Shown: positions 10,813 through 23,380, counted from the whole stretch's first letter. The stretch is 53,954 nt of DNA, filler included, from Sphacelaria rigidula (GCA_964200075.2; 5 parts of 5 records of this genome joined end to end with filler, not necessarily neighbours in it), one strand, 5' to 3'. The notes: generated from the sequence alone by a model not told the origin. Program-made: numbers and translations.

Positions 10813-13800
10813 ATATACTCTTGTCGAATTTCGTGTGATCGATCACCTCTATAACGTCACACAGGTATTCCTTGACTAAAAGCTTGCCGCGCCGGGGGCG
10901 TTGGTATAATTTGCGGGCGCCGCTGAGTTGAGGGCGACGGTGAGACCGCCAAGTTGGCCAAAAGTGCGCAAACTGGGGCTCGGAGAACATGGGGTTGAGT
11001 ACGGCAAATGCGTTTGTGAACGGGGCTTCGCAGTGGCGCATGGAGTGCGTGGAAACTTGACCATCTGCGGAGTACCCCGTTTGAGGATTGAACCAAATGC
11101 CAAAGTTCAGGCAGTGATCTATGCAGCGGCGAATTACATCTGATCGAAGGTTAGGGTCTTCGGTACTGGCCCAGACGGGGGGTCTGTTGTGTTCATCGAA
11201 GTGCTTACCTAAAACACTTCCGGCCAAATTTCCGTCGCGAAGGGCCAGCTTGGAAAACGACTGTTGAATGCGTCGGGGGGGGTGTGCGAACATGACCTCC
11301 CCAGTAGAGGCCATAGACACAGGAATCCATGGGCGTTGGTTTGTTTTAGAAGGTGGTGGTTGGGAGTGAGACGCAGGGGGGGCGGCAACCGGGTGAGGCA
11401 AAAGGGTGGCGGAAGCATGGTGGCTGTGCCGTACAGAAGGGCCGTTGTGAATTGCGGAGGAGTCACTCTGTTTTGCATCCGTCACATCTAATGCCGGAGT
11501 GCGGTTGGACCGGAGCTCATCTAATTTCGTCCACATAGCGTCCAAGGTTGGAAACGGGACCGGTGAAGTAGCTGTGGTACCGACAAAGACGGTTGGCATG
11601 AGGCTAGGGTATTGGCGTCCCAAATTTGAACGGAAAAGACTCATCACCATTTCTTGTGATGGGACAGGTTCGCTGCCACCGTTTACCGTAACCAAAATTA
11701 AAGTGCGAAATTCCTTGAGGTAGTGGTCAAAAGGGATATCGACGGGTACCTTAAACGATAGTAGGGAGTGATGCTGCGATAGGGTCTGCACTTTTGGGGC
11801 CAAAACCGGCCTGATTCAGGGGTTCCTAGAATTAGGAACTACACAAGAATATGGGTCAGGATATCCCCGTTTGCAAATTCATTCGGGATATCCCTAGCAA
11901 ATTGGAAGAAAAAACCCGGCGTACTCTCACCTATTTCCAAAGCCGTGTTTTGGATGAGATAAAGGGTTCCTAACAATTCTACTCTCAGGCCGTAAAAGTG
12001 CTGACCCTATCGCAGCATCACTCTAGGCGTTCGAGTGACTCGCCTTCGTGGGTGGCGTCCAGGGATGGATTGATGAGTCTGAGGAGGAGGGTGAAAGCGG
12101 TGTAACCGCCATTACTGAGGGTGAGGGAGCGGGCGGCTTGTGCGAAGTGGTGGTCAAGCATGTTGGACAATTTGGACGCCTCGGGAGAGCTCAAATCGAT
12201 GGCATCCTCCAAAGTCTTGTGTGAAGGTCGAAACCAACCATCTACCCGATCACTGGTCTCAATGTCGACGAATGTGTCGTCGCAGTGTGAGAGGATATCA
12301 GTAACTACAGTAGTGACGGATTGTCGTAACTGGCTGCAGGAAAGGCTTACATCAGATCCCGCAGGAGAGGGTAGTGAAGGCTTGACTTTGCCTGCAAATT
12401 CCGGGTCCAAGTTCTTGTACTGGTGGCGTACAGCCTGAATGTGTGCCTGTCGGTTACGTGGAAGAGGGGGAAGGGTCACTGGATTGAGGGGTCGGAGCCG
12501 AAGGGGCAAACTGTACGCGGCGGTTAGCAGGTTTGGTTGCTTCCTTCGCTTGTATGACTTTGATCTGAGAGTGACGCTGTTTGGCGACAGTGGATGATAG
12601 CGGAAGAAAATCGCTCAAAGTGGGGGGCGTCGGACGTGAGGCGGCCGCACTCGTGTCTTTATGAGACCCGTCAGTGCTGTCCGACTCACTGTCGAGTGAA
12701 GGGCGACGATGACGGCGAGATCGTGACTGCTGCGAAATGTGAGATTTACCACTATCCTTGGGACGGTTTTCCTCTTTCCCTTGAACAGTCTAACTGCCGC
12801 CACTGTCCATTGAATTGCGCCCCACGTGACCTGTCTGAAGGTGACTAGTGGTAGTAGGGTATGAACGGCCCGTACCATCAGCAGGGTCGTGTATTGTCAT
12901 GCGTACCTGCTCAATTTCCGTGAATAGCCCGATGAGGGGCCAGACGCACTCATGCCGTAACGCGAGACTAATTTCGGAACGTGGGTTGGAACGTATGTAT
13001 TGAACGACGCCTGCTAACGTTACGGTCTCGGTGTGTTTCGGAACCAATTGACGATCTTGATCGAATTGTGTGACTGGAACAGTGAGGCGCTGTGCCTGAC
13101 ACGCGTAGGTAAGGAGGGTGTCAGGGTCGTGGACAAAATCGTAGAGGGGAGCAGCTGTCAAGTTTTCTACACCAGAAAGATCAAGCCCGTCGGAACGAGT
13201 AGCCTTAGGAACCAGGGTTGGGTGAGTGGGTTTAGTGGAGAGTGATTGGTTCGCTGTGGGGGAAAATGTAGGGGGGATTTTGCCGCGGTGAACTTGGGGG
13301 GGCACACCAAACGTGGTTGAAACGCCGGGTGCGATCGTCTCAGGTGGCATGGGAGGTAGTCCCGTGGCAAGAGGGGCGACATTCGGAGTGGCGTTGGAAA
13401 GTGCAGGTGAACCAGTGGAGGAGTGATCAGAATCGGATTCAATGTCGATGGGATCGCGGGTGTGCAGACGTAACTGTTTCATCTGCTCGTCGAGTGAAGA
13501 TTGAGTGACGGAAATGTGATAGGTGAATTGTTCCGCCGTCGTATTGTGTTGTTATAAAGCTTGTTCATATTGGGCTTTAGCCGCCTGCAAAGTCTTGGCG
13601 GTTTGCCTGAGGATGCGGGCTTCCTTGTTCTGTCCCTCCGCTAAGGCATTGCGTTTGGCTTCGACCTCAAGACGGACGCGCTGGATTTCTTGAGCTTGCT
13701 CGAAAGCTTCACGGCTATTACGTTCTACTTGCGCTTGTACGGTCTGGGCCAACAAGTCGTCCCAGCACGCGGCTTGTTCCTCACGGGAAAATTTGTCCCA

Positions 13801-15003
13801 CGCGTGGGCTGGAATAGCAGCGGGACGGCTATGTTTGAAATGGGTCTTAGCTTTGTCACGTGCTTTCTTGGGTAGGCGCGTAGACGTTTTTTTTCCCGAC
13901 TCACGACCACTCATCGAGGCTACGACGTCAGAAGCGTAGGGCTCAGCAGGGGAATGATCACGAACCGAATGGTCACCACTAGCAGTAGAGTCGACGTGTC
14001 TAGTGTCACTGGTAAGAGGTTGAGCGGGGGCGGCATACAGTGGGAAATCAAGTCCCGGCTGTACGTCAGGCACCGTAGAGAGGGGAATTCCTCCCGACTG
14101 AGATTGGGCATCATCATTCTCTACACTTTCAATGACTGGATCATACAAGACTGTGTCCGACGCAAGCAGTGGTTCCCCGGATTCGGAAGAGGATGTGCCT
14201 TCGTCATCGGCACGTAGCTCTAGCGAAGCCGGGGAATAAGACATTACTTGTGTACCTGCGCGGGTGCGCGTCACAGTCAGTGTAGAAAGAAGGAGGGTAA
14301 TGAATGACCGGGGTGTTGCATTCGAAATGGAAGAGGCAAAGAATCTTTTGTAGGAGGCTGTGGGCGTGGTGGGGGTTAGCCAGGCCCCCGTGAAAGACAG
14401 GGAGGGGCGATCAAAGAAGGCATGAGAGAGATTGTGTGGACGAGTTGTCCATACCGGAGTCCACGAAATGCACTGGATGAATACAGGACCTTGGGAAGAG
14501 GGTGGTACGGGAGTGTTATCACGGATGTTGGGTCCACATACATAGTACAGGGTGGGGTCGGATGATGTACAGTCAACACCCAGGCTGTACACAAAAAAAT
14601 GTGCTGCACGGTGAGCATATTTTGAGACAGCAAGAGACGGTCAACATGAGCTACTGAAGAATAAAAGGCCGGCGGTACATGCGGCAGGGTGGGTGTAGCG
14701 AAAGGATGCACGCTGATACAGTGCCGGTGGTGGTAGAAAAGTTGGTATCTGATAATGTACGGGCAGCTCAGGTGGGAAAAAATGTAATGAGGCGGGAGAG
14801 TCACGGTATAATTTGGACTCTACCTGGTGACTGGCATCCGCTACAAAGTAGATGGGTATCATTACTGGGCCAGTTGCCATAGATAGGCAGCTGGGACGAG
14901 CAGGTGAGGATAGTGGGGGGGCAAGTGCTATTGCTCGCGTACGTTCGCGTCGGAGTCGGCGCAGGGTGCGAGCGTCTAGTGTATCAGAGGCCCTTGAACT
15001 CAT
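10813..15003 (-). pseudogene. Disrupted ~1,300-codon gag/ORF1-like gene of a retroelement, 3' end cut by the contig edge
   Basis: ORFs 14641-15003, 13552-14592 and 12790-13482 share one frame, separated by single stops (TGA, TAA, TAG), and that frame stays open to ~12460. One frameshift near 12480 leads into ORF 12018-12509, which joins 10757-11803 in frame once the 11766-12023 insertion is removed. The product has a coiled-coil-like segment (REAFEQAQEIQRVRLEVEAKR), a helical core and a degenerate Cys/His knuckle (HCLNFG...HSMRHC). The gag label is inference. Confidence 0.6.
11766..12023. mobile_element. 258-bp MITE with GAG...CTC termini and 4-bp TSD (Sola-like)
   Basis: TIRs gagtgatgctgcgatagggtc(t/a)gcactttt; TAGG duplicated at 11762-11765 and 12024-12027. 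Excision restores the frame ...ESLERLLSFK... Confidence 0.85.
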
Positions 15004-15215
15004 GTTGCCAAGGATAGAGGACAGAGCAACAGCTATAGACGGCTAGACGATGAACAAACAAACTAGATGGGTATACAAGGCACACAGTAGTAGTGTAGTA
15101 TACACGCAGATCGGCAGTCTGAACACAACGCAACTAAAACAAAGTACAGCAGAGACAGTGCGGGAACTCCAACTGTGATGTGATAGAAGTGAAGGCACCT
15201 TGGGAAGGTTGTAAT

Positions 15216-15502
15216 GGTGTTCACCAAAATTGTTTCAGGTTCAGACCTCTGCGTACGTTGTTTGTTTACTCAGCTCAACAGCGCGGGCTGACCACAGTCG
15301 CTCTCGTGTTGCTTTCACACAAGGAGACAACAAGCAATTACAGACGAGAGTAGCACCATTTTTTTTCCACACAATTGATTGTATCCGAGCTTCATCTACA
15401 GCTTCAGCTACAGAACACAAATACAACACAAACCGAAACAGGCCTAAGCTTTAATCAATAAAACACACCAGACAAAACAGCAGCCCGACTACTGCTCTTA
15501 TC
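15216..15502 (-). mobile_element. Putative primer-binding site and 3' part of a 5' LTR upstream of the gag-like ORF
   Basis: Minus strand reads ...gaaaCA|attt|TGGtgaacacc: a CA end followed by a TGG-initiated tract, ~210 nt before the ORF ATG. The putative LTR runs into an N gap at 15503, and no second LTR is available for confirmation. Confidence 0.35.
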
Positions 15503-17974
15503 NNNNNNNNNCTCCAATGGGGAAACTGGTGAATCGCAGCCAAAAACCGAGATGAGAAGAGAGTGGGTCGTAGGGGCTGCTATTTCGAACGCGCTTCGCC
15601 GCCCCCTAAATCAACATAGCTAAGGTCATACCATACAATCCAAAAGCCGTGCTCCTCAATTCATGTCATGGTTGGGTCACTACCTTTTTTCGGATTTAAA
15701 TACATGCTCTCCATAGAACGTCAACTTCAAGGGGCAGCGAATTCTCCGCTAATTGAGCATGAAAATGTCCATCATTCAATGTCACATTTGCCCAAGATCA
15801 TGGCTACGCCCTGCAGTCACATCATATCAAACCACGATAGTACTCTTTTCTTCCTTTCCGAATCATCATCTGCTCTCGTGTTGTCTACTGTTCTCTCCCC
15901 GTCGTCTCTGCTTTTTCTTGCTTTCCCTTGCTTGGTTGTTCTCCCCGTTTCTGCGTTGGTTTTGTGTCTATTTGCTTTGGGTCGCTATGTGCCCTCCCCT
16001 TCCCCTTCCGGGTACTCCGTCTCGAAAGGGATGCGTGGTCGATGGTCAAATGACTAAGGCAAGCAACAAATGAGTACGCCCCCCCCCCTCCCCTTCCGGG
16101 CACTTACTTGTTTCTGCCTCTCTCTCCCTCCGTTCACATCCTATGTTTGTTGTTCCATTAGCTATGCATACTCTCCGCCCTATTCTTCTAACCCATGCCG
16201 ACACCTTACTTGTCTCTATACTTTCTCACTCCTTGCTCGCGCTCTGTTTTAGCGTGACTCGGAAATGTCCTCCCTACCTTCCTACTTTTTCTCTTGCCAA
16301 ACAGTACAGTCCAACTCCATTGCATTTCATCTTCAACTCTATTCTTGTCATATCGCTACGCACTCCCAATACCAGCACTACTAGTACTTTGCTCGTCCAC
16401 TGTTTACCTCTCCATCCGCCCTTCCTCACCGTCTCTCTCTCTCTCGATCTCTTTCGAGAGAATCTCCAGCTTGTTCGTTTCGAGTGTATTGTTCGGACGT
16501 AGTCAACGTACTTGGACATTCCAATCCCACTACTCGTTGGGGTTCTGGTGTCTTTCAGGTTTTTCGCTGGCTCACCGCCACTACATAATGCCTCCAACAC
16601 GGGCTCGTAGCCTGAAGCCAAGTTCAACACCTTCGACACAAGTACCCGATGGTTGACTTGCGGGTTTGTTAGTTGATACGTTGAGTGGTGGATTGAGTGA
16701 CCGATCGAGCGGGTAATTGAGTGAGTGAGTGAATGAGTGAAATTCGCGCATTACAATAGGTGATCCGCCATGACTCCAGCCGTAGTCGCGGGATAGATGT
16801 ACCCGCGGTACCCAAATTGAACACATGCTTGGGAAAGTCGAGGAAGAGGGAAGGTGGGAAAATAAACACGCATCGTCATTCTTGATCGGCTCGGGAGCAT
16901 TCGCAAATGAAGAAGGCACGTGTGGCACAGGTTATTCGAAACGCCTGGTATGAGTTTTGTGGCTGTGCTATTGACCAGATCACACAGGAAACGATAATAA
17001 CTGGGCACAAGCTGCTGCATCCCTCATGTTCTTTCCTTTGTTCCCTTCCGTGTGCGAGTTTCCTGGTTGTTGTACTAATTCTCTGCTCGGGGAATAAGGC
17101 GGCCTGCATCGCAGGAGCAGTCTTCTTGATTCTTCCTCCGACGTGAATATGATTGATGGTCAAAACAAGAAACGCAGCTGATATCCACAAACTGCACGGT
17201 CAAGAATGTTATGCATAAGTGGCACGTTTGATTGCACTGCTGAGCCGCGGTGCCTGCAGGATTAGTCCGTAAATGAGCAGACGGAACTCGTTTGTGTGTG
17301 AAGTGCCCATTTCCAACTTCATCCAGAACGAGTTTGTTTCGCTTCGTATTTCATTCATTTGTCACACTTTGAACCCCTCCCCTTCCTCGGGACGAGTTCG
17401 TTTTCTCAAGGTATCGGCCATCCCTTCCCGGCAGTTTGTTGTTCATCTTGGGTGTGTATGTTAGTTGTACCCTCCACACGAATCAGTTCAGTAGGTCAGG
17501 TCAGACAGACAACGAACGCTACATACTGAGCACATATACTGTGCCAACACACCGTGCCTTTTCGGGACCCATGCAATATCGGGCAACCTCCATCTAGGAT
17601 ATTGTGTCCACCTGAGTCGCCTGTTGTATCCATCTGAGACGTCCGTCAAGAGTATGGATACAGTATCCATTTCCGGGTGTCTATCTGGATGGACCGATGC
17701 CACGATAGCACCCCCCTCCTCCCCCCCCCCCCCACCAGAAAAAGTGGCTGGTTCGAGGAGGCAAAACCTACATGGAAATCAAGATGACAAAAGTCGAGCA
17801 CACCGAGCAACCTCCCCAGCTTGGAGTTGTTTTCGCCAGAATCGTGTATTTGAGGCGTTTCATGCCGTCTGAAGCCAGAAACCATGCGCTGTCTGACCAT
17901 TTTCTTCGTTACAGTTTTGGGGTTAGAGTAGGAGGGGGGGGGGAAGGGGGAAAGTGATGATCATGCATGCCATC

Positions 17975-18114
17975 GTCGTGTGATCATTGGCCCCGCATCC
18001 ATACAAAGCCGGGATGGAGCACGCCAGGTTGTCGCCGGACCAGGCTCGCACTCAGTCACCAAGCGCGAAGCGCTGTGGTGTGTTCGGCGAGTCACATGAA
18101 GGGTGAGCTGCATC
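17975..18114 (-). repeat. Dispersed repeat (family R1), partial copy
   Basis: Reverse complement matches gatgcagctcacccttcatgcgactcgccgaacacaccac... at ~24754 and ~25310. Confidence 0.75.
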
Positions 18115-18292
18115 TGAGAAGCCGCATTGATGCGGGGGTGATGGTCCACACAACTCAAGTATGCACGAACAGCAGTCGACAGCCCGGTCCAAGACAAAGA
18201 ACAATACTGCATAACGCTTCTTATTATTTTTATCAGACCCTGCGCAATATATCTCAACCAATCTTTGTCCACACTCACCAAACACTCATCAC

Positions 18293-18352
18293 TGATTGAT
18301 TGATTGATTATCTCACATTAGCTGATTGCAACAATCCAGCCCGTGGTCACGA
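18293..18352 (-). mobile_element. LINE 3' terminus with (AATC)n tail
   Basis: Minus strand: gtgaccacgggctggattgttgcaatcagctaatgtgagataatcaatcaatcaatc. A partial duplicate lies at ~18634-18660. Confidence 0.65.
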
Positions 18353-18462
18353 GCAGCAAAAAATAGAACAGGATAATGAAAAAAAAAGAGAGAGTAAGGA
18401 CAGAAAAAGACGAAGCAACGGTCTCAGAAAGGAAAGAAAGAGAGCAGCGATAACAACAAAAA

Positions 18463-18496
18463 CACCACCACCACCACCACCACCACCACCACCACC

Positions 18497-18528
<32 letters not shown>

Positions 18529-18541
18529 CAACAACAACAAA
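18463..18541. repeat. Compound microsatellite (CAC)n(CAA)n
   Basis: Directly visible tandem trinucleotides. Confidence 0.95.
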
Positions 18542-19449
18542 CGACAACAGCAATACCAACAGAATAACGACAAACACATACATGCACAAACACAAACACA
18601 AACAACACAAAAAGATGGTGATCGCGCATGACGTAGCTGATTGCAACACTCCAGCTCGTGATATAAAAAAAACAGTGAAAAATGAAAAAATGAAAAAATG
18701 AAAGAAAGGAGAAATGAAACAATAAAACGTGAAGAAAGGAATATAATAGACGAGAAGACAGAGCCAGGCTCGTTCTGGCGGCGGCAGCGGGGGGGGGGGA
18801 ACACAGACGGAACGAATACAGACAAGAAAAGAAAGAAACCGCCAGGAACAAAAGATGGACAAATCAGAGATGGGGACCAAACACAATGCTCATATGCGCG
18901 CCTCAAAGCAATGCACGTTGGCGGAGGCACCCGACCGGATCAGACCAGACTGACTGACCTCGTGGAGCAGCTCAGCTGTCTGTGCGGCAAATACATTGTA
19001 CTCGCATAACCCACGTCATTAGACACTATTCCTCTGATTGGCTATCACAATTTTCCGCGGTCCCAACATGGTTGATGCTACATGTACTACACGATATCTT
19101 ACATCATTCTCGTTCATGACTGAGGGTGAGCATATTCGATCAGCCCCCTGCTCACGGCTCAGTCGTGATCTGAAAACCTATACTGTCGCAAACTGGAAAG
19201 GAAAAATACCAATCTGATCGAAAATATCAATACCTTCGGTCATGCTCAAACTCCACAAATACATCATATAAAAGACAATTTTTCCAGAAAATAATACATC
19301 CTGAATAAAACGCCCCCTAATCCTACATCACTTTCCCATCCGCGGAAGCACATTTCGTGTCAATCTCAGGCCAAAAAGGGTCCATACCATCAAAACGGGT
19401 TCATATCATCCTATTGGAGGAGGACGGGGTGCTATCGCGGGATCACTCG

Positions 19450-19810
19450 AGGTCCATCTGGGATGCCCATCTTGGACGTCGGATCCATCTGGATTATGCA
19501 TCCGATGTGGATATCAATCCAACTAGGATATAAATATCCATCTGGGATTTCTACCTGACATATCTATTAGGGATATCCATCCGAGATATTCATGTGGAAT
19601 ATGGGTGTCCCTATGGAATAGGGGTATTCATCTGGGATGTCAATTCGAGACGTTCACCTAGAATGTCGGATTCATGTGGGACGTCCAATTGGCATGTCCA
19701 CCTTGGGATGTTCACCCGGGATATCAACGTGACATATCGGGAATATCGATCTAGGATACGGATATTCATCTCTGATACCCATCTGAGTCATCCATGTGCG
19801 CATATGTCCA
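19450..19810. repeat. Degenerate ~13-bp minisatellite, consensus near GGGATATCCATCT
   Basis: Recurrent variants such as gggatgcccatct, gggatatccatcc, ggtattcatctgggatg and gggatatcaacgt. A smaller related cluster lies at ~17575-17695. Confidence 0.6.
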
Positions 19811-20690
19811 CAAAAAAACGACGCCGTCCCTGCCCAAAACAATTAATACCTCGACCATCACGACCACGTGGATAGCCATCACCCTCCTTCACGATACAGC
19901 CACGTCACGGATAGCTTGGTTGATGCGCATGTAAGGCCACCCCAGCTGAAGCTACTCACCAGAGTGTGAATGTGTATGCCATGCTGACGCGTGTCAGTCG
20001 CCGTTCTCTGTAAGTACCCCCAGGATTGTAAAAGGCCCAATTTTCGAGTGGTCTGGAAACATAATTTCCATCATACCAGCTGTGAAAATCTGTTCCAGGA
20101 ACCCGCAGCTCCTGACATGCTGTCCAGCGGATGCCGGCGATTTGCGACCGCCTTTCTCGTGTTTTTTTGTGCGAGTCACTTGTATGAAGTTGCTACCTAG
20201 CCCCAGAAGCAAGCAACCCGTCGACCACCCTATGGGGACGGCTGCCTGGCTTCCTGCCAAACCGTCCCGGATTAGAACACGACAAACGAGTAATATCCCG
20301 TTTCACCACCCAAACCCCGCTAGAAGATATTTCATCAACCAGATGGTCACAACTGATCAATCCACTGAAGCAACGGCAGAAAAACACTCGAAAGAAAAAC
20401 AAATTGGAAACGCAGCATTAACCGCATGTGTGTCCCGCCCGCCTATACGCCCAGTTCCTACGGACCCAACATGGGTTATTAAGCCCTAACATTATCAAAG
20501 GGTAACTTACCCACTAGCCCCCGCCTCCCAACCAACCCCGTCCCGTCCCGGCCATCCGCCTCAGGAAGGACAGGAAAAATGGTGCGGCTTTCGACCGCTG
20601 AACCAAATACACGTGGTACCCTGGGCCACATAAGAATCGTGTACATGTGGTACGATATAGTAGTGGGTCAGTGGGGATGGTGTAAGCAGT

Positions 20691-20805
20691 CTATGTTCCT
20701 CGCATCTTGGTGTACCTCCGCATGATTACATACGTGATGATCCTGAAGCCCACGATAAGCGCAACGAGCGCTTTGATATTCGTCCACACGTTTATATCCG
20801 GAAAC
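20691..20805 (-). CDS. Terminal exon of an ABCG (White-like) transporter, last transmembrane helix
   Basis: Pyrimidine tract plus cag acceptor at 20808-20806. Translation FPDINVWTNIKALVALIVGFRIITYVIMRRYTKMRGT* fits the ABCG C-terminal pattern of hydrophobic helix, FR-x-x-x-Y, then basic tail. Family assigned by motif recall only. Confidence 0.6.
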
Positions 20806-21439
20806 CTGGTCGAGGAAGGCAGGGAAGCGGGTGGGCAGTAGAAGGATAAACGCATTTGGGAAGTCCCAGAGAAACCGGTGAAAAAAACAGCGATCGTTTT
20901 CAGTGTGTGTGGGTTACCATTCGTCACCTTGATACACAGAAAGAAGAGCTTGAAAGTGACCACGAACCACCACGAACGAAGTTAGGATACGTTGACTCCT
21001 GTCTTCTTCAATCAAACTATCGACTTGTTCGTCCGAAGATGACAAACTCAAAAAGAAACGACGAGCTAGCTTCCCGAAGGTTTAGAGTTTGGTAACCTTT
21101 ACTCGTGGAAAACGCACCGACAGAAAATTGAAAAAACAAATTGACAAAAAAAAGAGTGAAATGAAAACTACGGAGTCAAAAAGTCCTGGACAACGCAATG
21201 GCCCACATAATATGGACGGTGATGAAGAAAAAATGGAAACAAGCACTCCCTCGTACGTACCTCTGGAGATGAAAAATGTTTAGATACCGTTCTGGTGAAA
21301 AACCACTCTAGAGGAAGTCAACACCTGTCTCTAAGCTATATAACGCGGGATTTTACACATTGTGGATGGATCCTTTATTGAGGATGAAAACCCGGAGGAT
21401 CAAAATCTTCGTATCCACACCAAATCTTTGAAGTATACT

Positions 21440-21524
21440 GAGTGATGCTACGGTAGGGGTACACAGATATTTTCTGGGGTTAGAATTGTTAGGAACCCTT
21501 TATCTCATCCAAAACACGACTTAT
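21440..21524. mobile_element. Second, diverged copy of the GAG-terminal MITE, cut by the contig end
   Basis: gagtgatgctacggtagggg...tagaattgttaggaaccctttatctcatccaaaacacg matches the reverse complement of 11940-12023. Confidence 0.75.
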
Positions 21525-21624
21525 NNNNNNNNNNNNNNNNNNNNNNNNNNNNNNNNNNNNNNNNNNNNTTAATTAATTAANNNNNNNNNNNNNNNNNNNN
21601 NNNNNNNNNNNNNNNNNNNNNNNN
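21525..21624. other. Artificial contig linker
   Basis: N44-TTAATTAATTAA-N44. Confidence 0.98.
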
Positions 21625-21721
21625 ATATTATTTTATTTTTTTTTTTTTTTACTCCATCTTTTTTTCTCTCATTCTCTCCCCCCCTCTCCCCCCCCCCCCC
21701 CCCCCCCCCCCCTGGGACCAA

Positions 21722-21962
21722 AGTAGACGTACCCGAAACAAAAGAAAACTGGAACACTTGCTGAAGAAAAAAGAAAAGAAAACAGAAAAAAGGTAGAATA
21801 GAACAGCAGAGTAGACTAAGAAAAAATAGACAACGGAAGAAAGAAAATAAATAGAAATGGCCGGGCTCTGCCTCATGGCCTTGGCGGAAAAGGTCTTACG
21901 CACAACCACGCTCATACCCAGTCGTAGAAAACAAAAGCCGCGGGAAAAGAGTGCGGCTCATC
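21722..21962 (-). mobile_element. RTE-type LINE 3' UTR fragment
   Basis: Shares gacgtacccga...gctga...gagtagactaaga...ggaaaaggtct...gccg(c/t)gggaa with 26650-26910, and gggtacgtc with 23967 and 40331. Confidence 0.6.
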
Positions 21963-22143
21963 CACCACAACCGCCACAGTATGGACACGAGGTATATAGC
22001 AATGCTGTGTATCATCATCCAGGGTTTTGACACGTTTTCGTGGGCATTTACCCAGTGTACTTGTTTCGAAATTGTTGCCGCATTTGAGCTATCGCCGTAC
22101 TACGTACGCACACTACGTAGGGAAACCAGGTTCGTTTTCCATA

Positions 22144-23380
22144 CTTCGTCTGTCCCACATGCAGAGTCGATAATTTTTACGCGGGCCGTTAACCGTGTCC
22201 GATGCTTTAGGCAATGATGTTTTCCATCTCTTCCTGCGTTTTTGGAGTTGGAAGCTTTGTTTTGAATCATGAGCGCACTACCGTAAGTTGGCGAACGGCC
22301 GAAAGAATATCAGTTGTCCCGAGAACGGCAGTATTTCGTCCCTATCCTGCGGAAAAATGTAAAAAAAAATGTAAAGAAAAAATGTACAAGAACAAATGTA
22401 CAAGAACAAATGTACAAGAGAAACGTACACAAAATGAGCTAGTCGTCCTCTCTGTCGCTGGAACTTGATGCCACTGTAGGTAACCCCAGATCTCAGTGAA
22501 GGCCTCATTCCCGCATTTTAGCACCCTTTCCAACCTTTCCATCCCCTGTTGCGCCGCAACCCCGATATTCTCCCGATTGACGGTGTTGTCATCTTATCTG
22601 CAGAGTATTTGGTTGTGAACCTCGAAGAGGCCTTGCCAAACCTTTTCGTACGTGTTTCCGTCGTACTCTCCGTACTGCTTCAGGATAGTTTCCACCAACT
22701 CGTCTATCGAACGGGTGTTCACCCCCCATACCCTTGACCCAAGAGACGCGAAGAAGCCCCAACTCGTGAGTATCTATGTCAGGCGACTGGGCAGTCCGCG
22801 GCACAAGCTCTACCATCCAACCCCACCCCATCCTCGCAGAGATGAAGAAATCGGTGATTAACAACTTTTTTGTGAGATTGTCGTGAGATTGAGAGTAGAG
22901 CGCTGATTGAGAGTGGCTTTGATCATTCGCTTTAACTTTGCCATTTTTTCATTCCGTGTGTGCTTTTCTTTGCCTTTATCACTTGCGTGAGGTCACAGCT
23001 ACACGTCGATATCCTGGCTGGCCTCAGTGGCAAGCTACTACAGAAAGAATATCGGGCCTCGTAAAGGGGCATTTCGGAACTGAAACGATTTATTCACAAA
23101 ATTGACCGCTTTTTACTCTCAATCGTATCCTCTACTCTCAATCTCACGAACACATTGACTGTGGTTCCCCGTGTCGGGGCTCGCGCCGCCCTCCTGCACC
23201 GCTACTCGCTTCATACGTAGCTGGAGAATATTGAGCCTGACCACGGGGATGAGTTCTTCGAGGTACCACGTCTTGTACCAGTCGGCATCAATGGTGCAGT
23301 CGAACGCCTCTTCTTGCCCCCTCTTTCCTCTCTTGGACGATCCCTACGCCGTTTTCACAACGTCACATAGAAGTTAACGA
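22144..23380 (-). mobile_element. Decayed mariner-like (DD39D-type) transposon: C-terminal half of transposase plus 3' TIR
   Basis: Minus-strand peptides TIDADWYKTWYLEELIP...VAVQEGGASPDTG (cf. QQDGASPH), WMVELVPRTAQSPDIDTHELG (cf. QPAQSPDLNxxDLG) and FFASLGSRVW...IDELVETILKQYGEYD...VWQGLF. Roughly 39-40 residues lie between the second and third catalytic positions. TA|cttcgtctgtccca TIR at 22144. Confidence 0.85.
22862..23161. mobile_element. ~300-bp inverted-repeat insertion splitting the mariner catalytic domain
   Basis: cgtgagattgagagtagag...gattgagagt (22882-22914) pairs with actctcaatc...ctctactctcaatctcacg (23115-23148). Transposase peptides resume on either side. Boundaries are approximate. 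Confidence 0.7.

Noticed and set aside
11766..12023. MITE acting as a spliceable introner in the gag-like ORF
   Set aside because: The GT and AG nearest the minus-strand ends would leave the ORF out of frame, and the ORF is already dead from other lesions.
17967..18299. EsV-1-7-like Cys/His repeat in ORF MPSSCDHWPRIHTKPGW...
   Set aside because: The cysteines and the frame are not kept in the homologous R1 copy at 25310-25455.
18300..18930. Long overlapping ORFs with poly-P/T/G/V/W/C
   Set aside because: They are products of the (CAC)n(CAA)n microsatellite and an A-rich LINE UTR.
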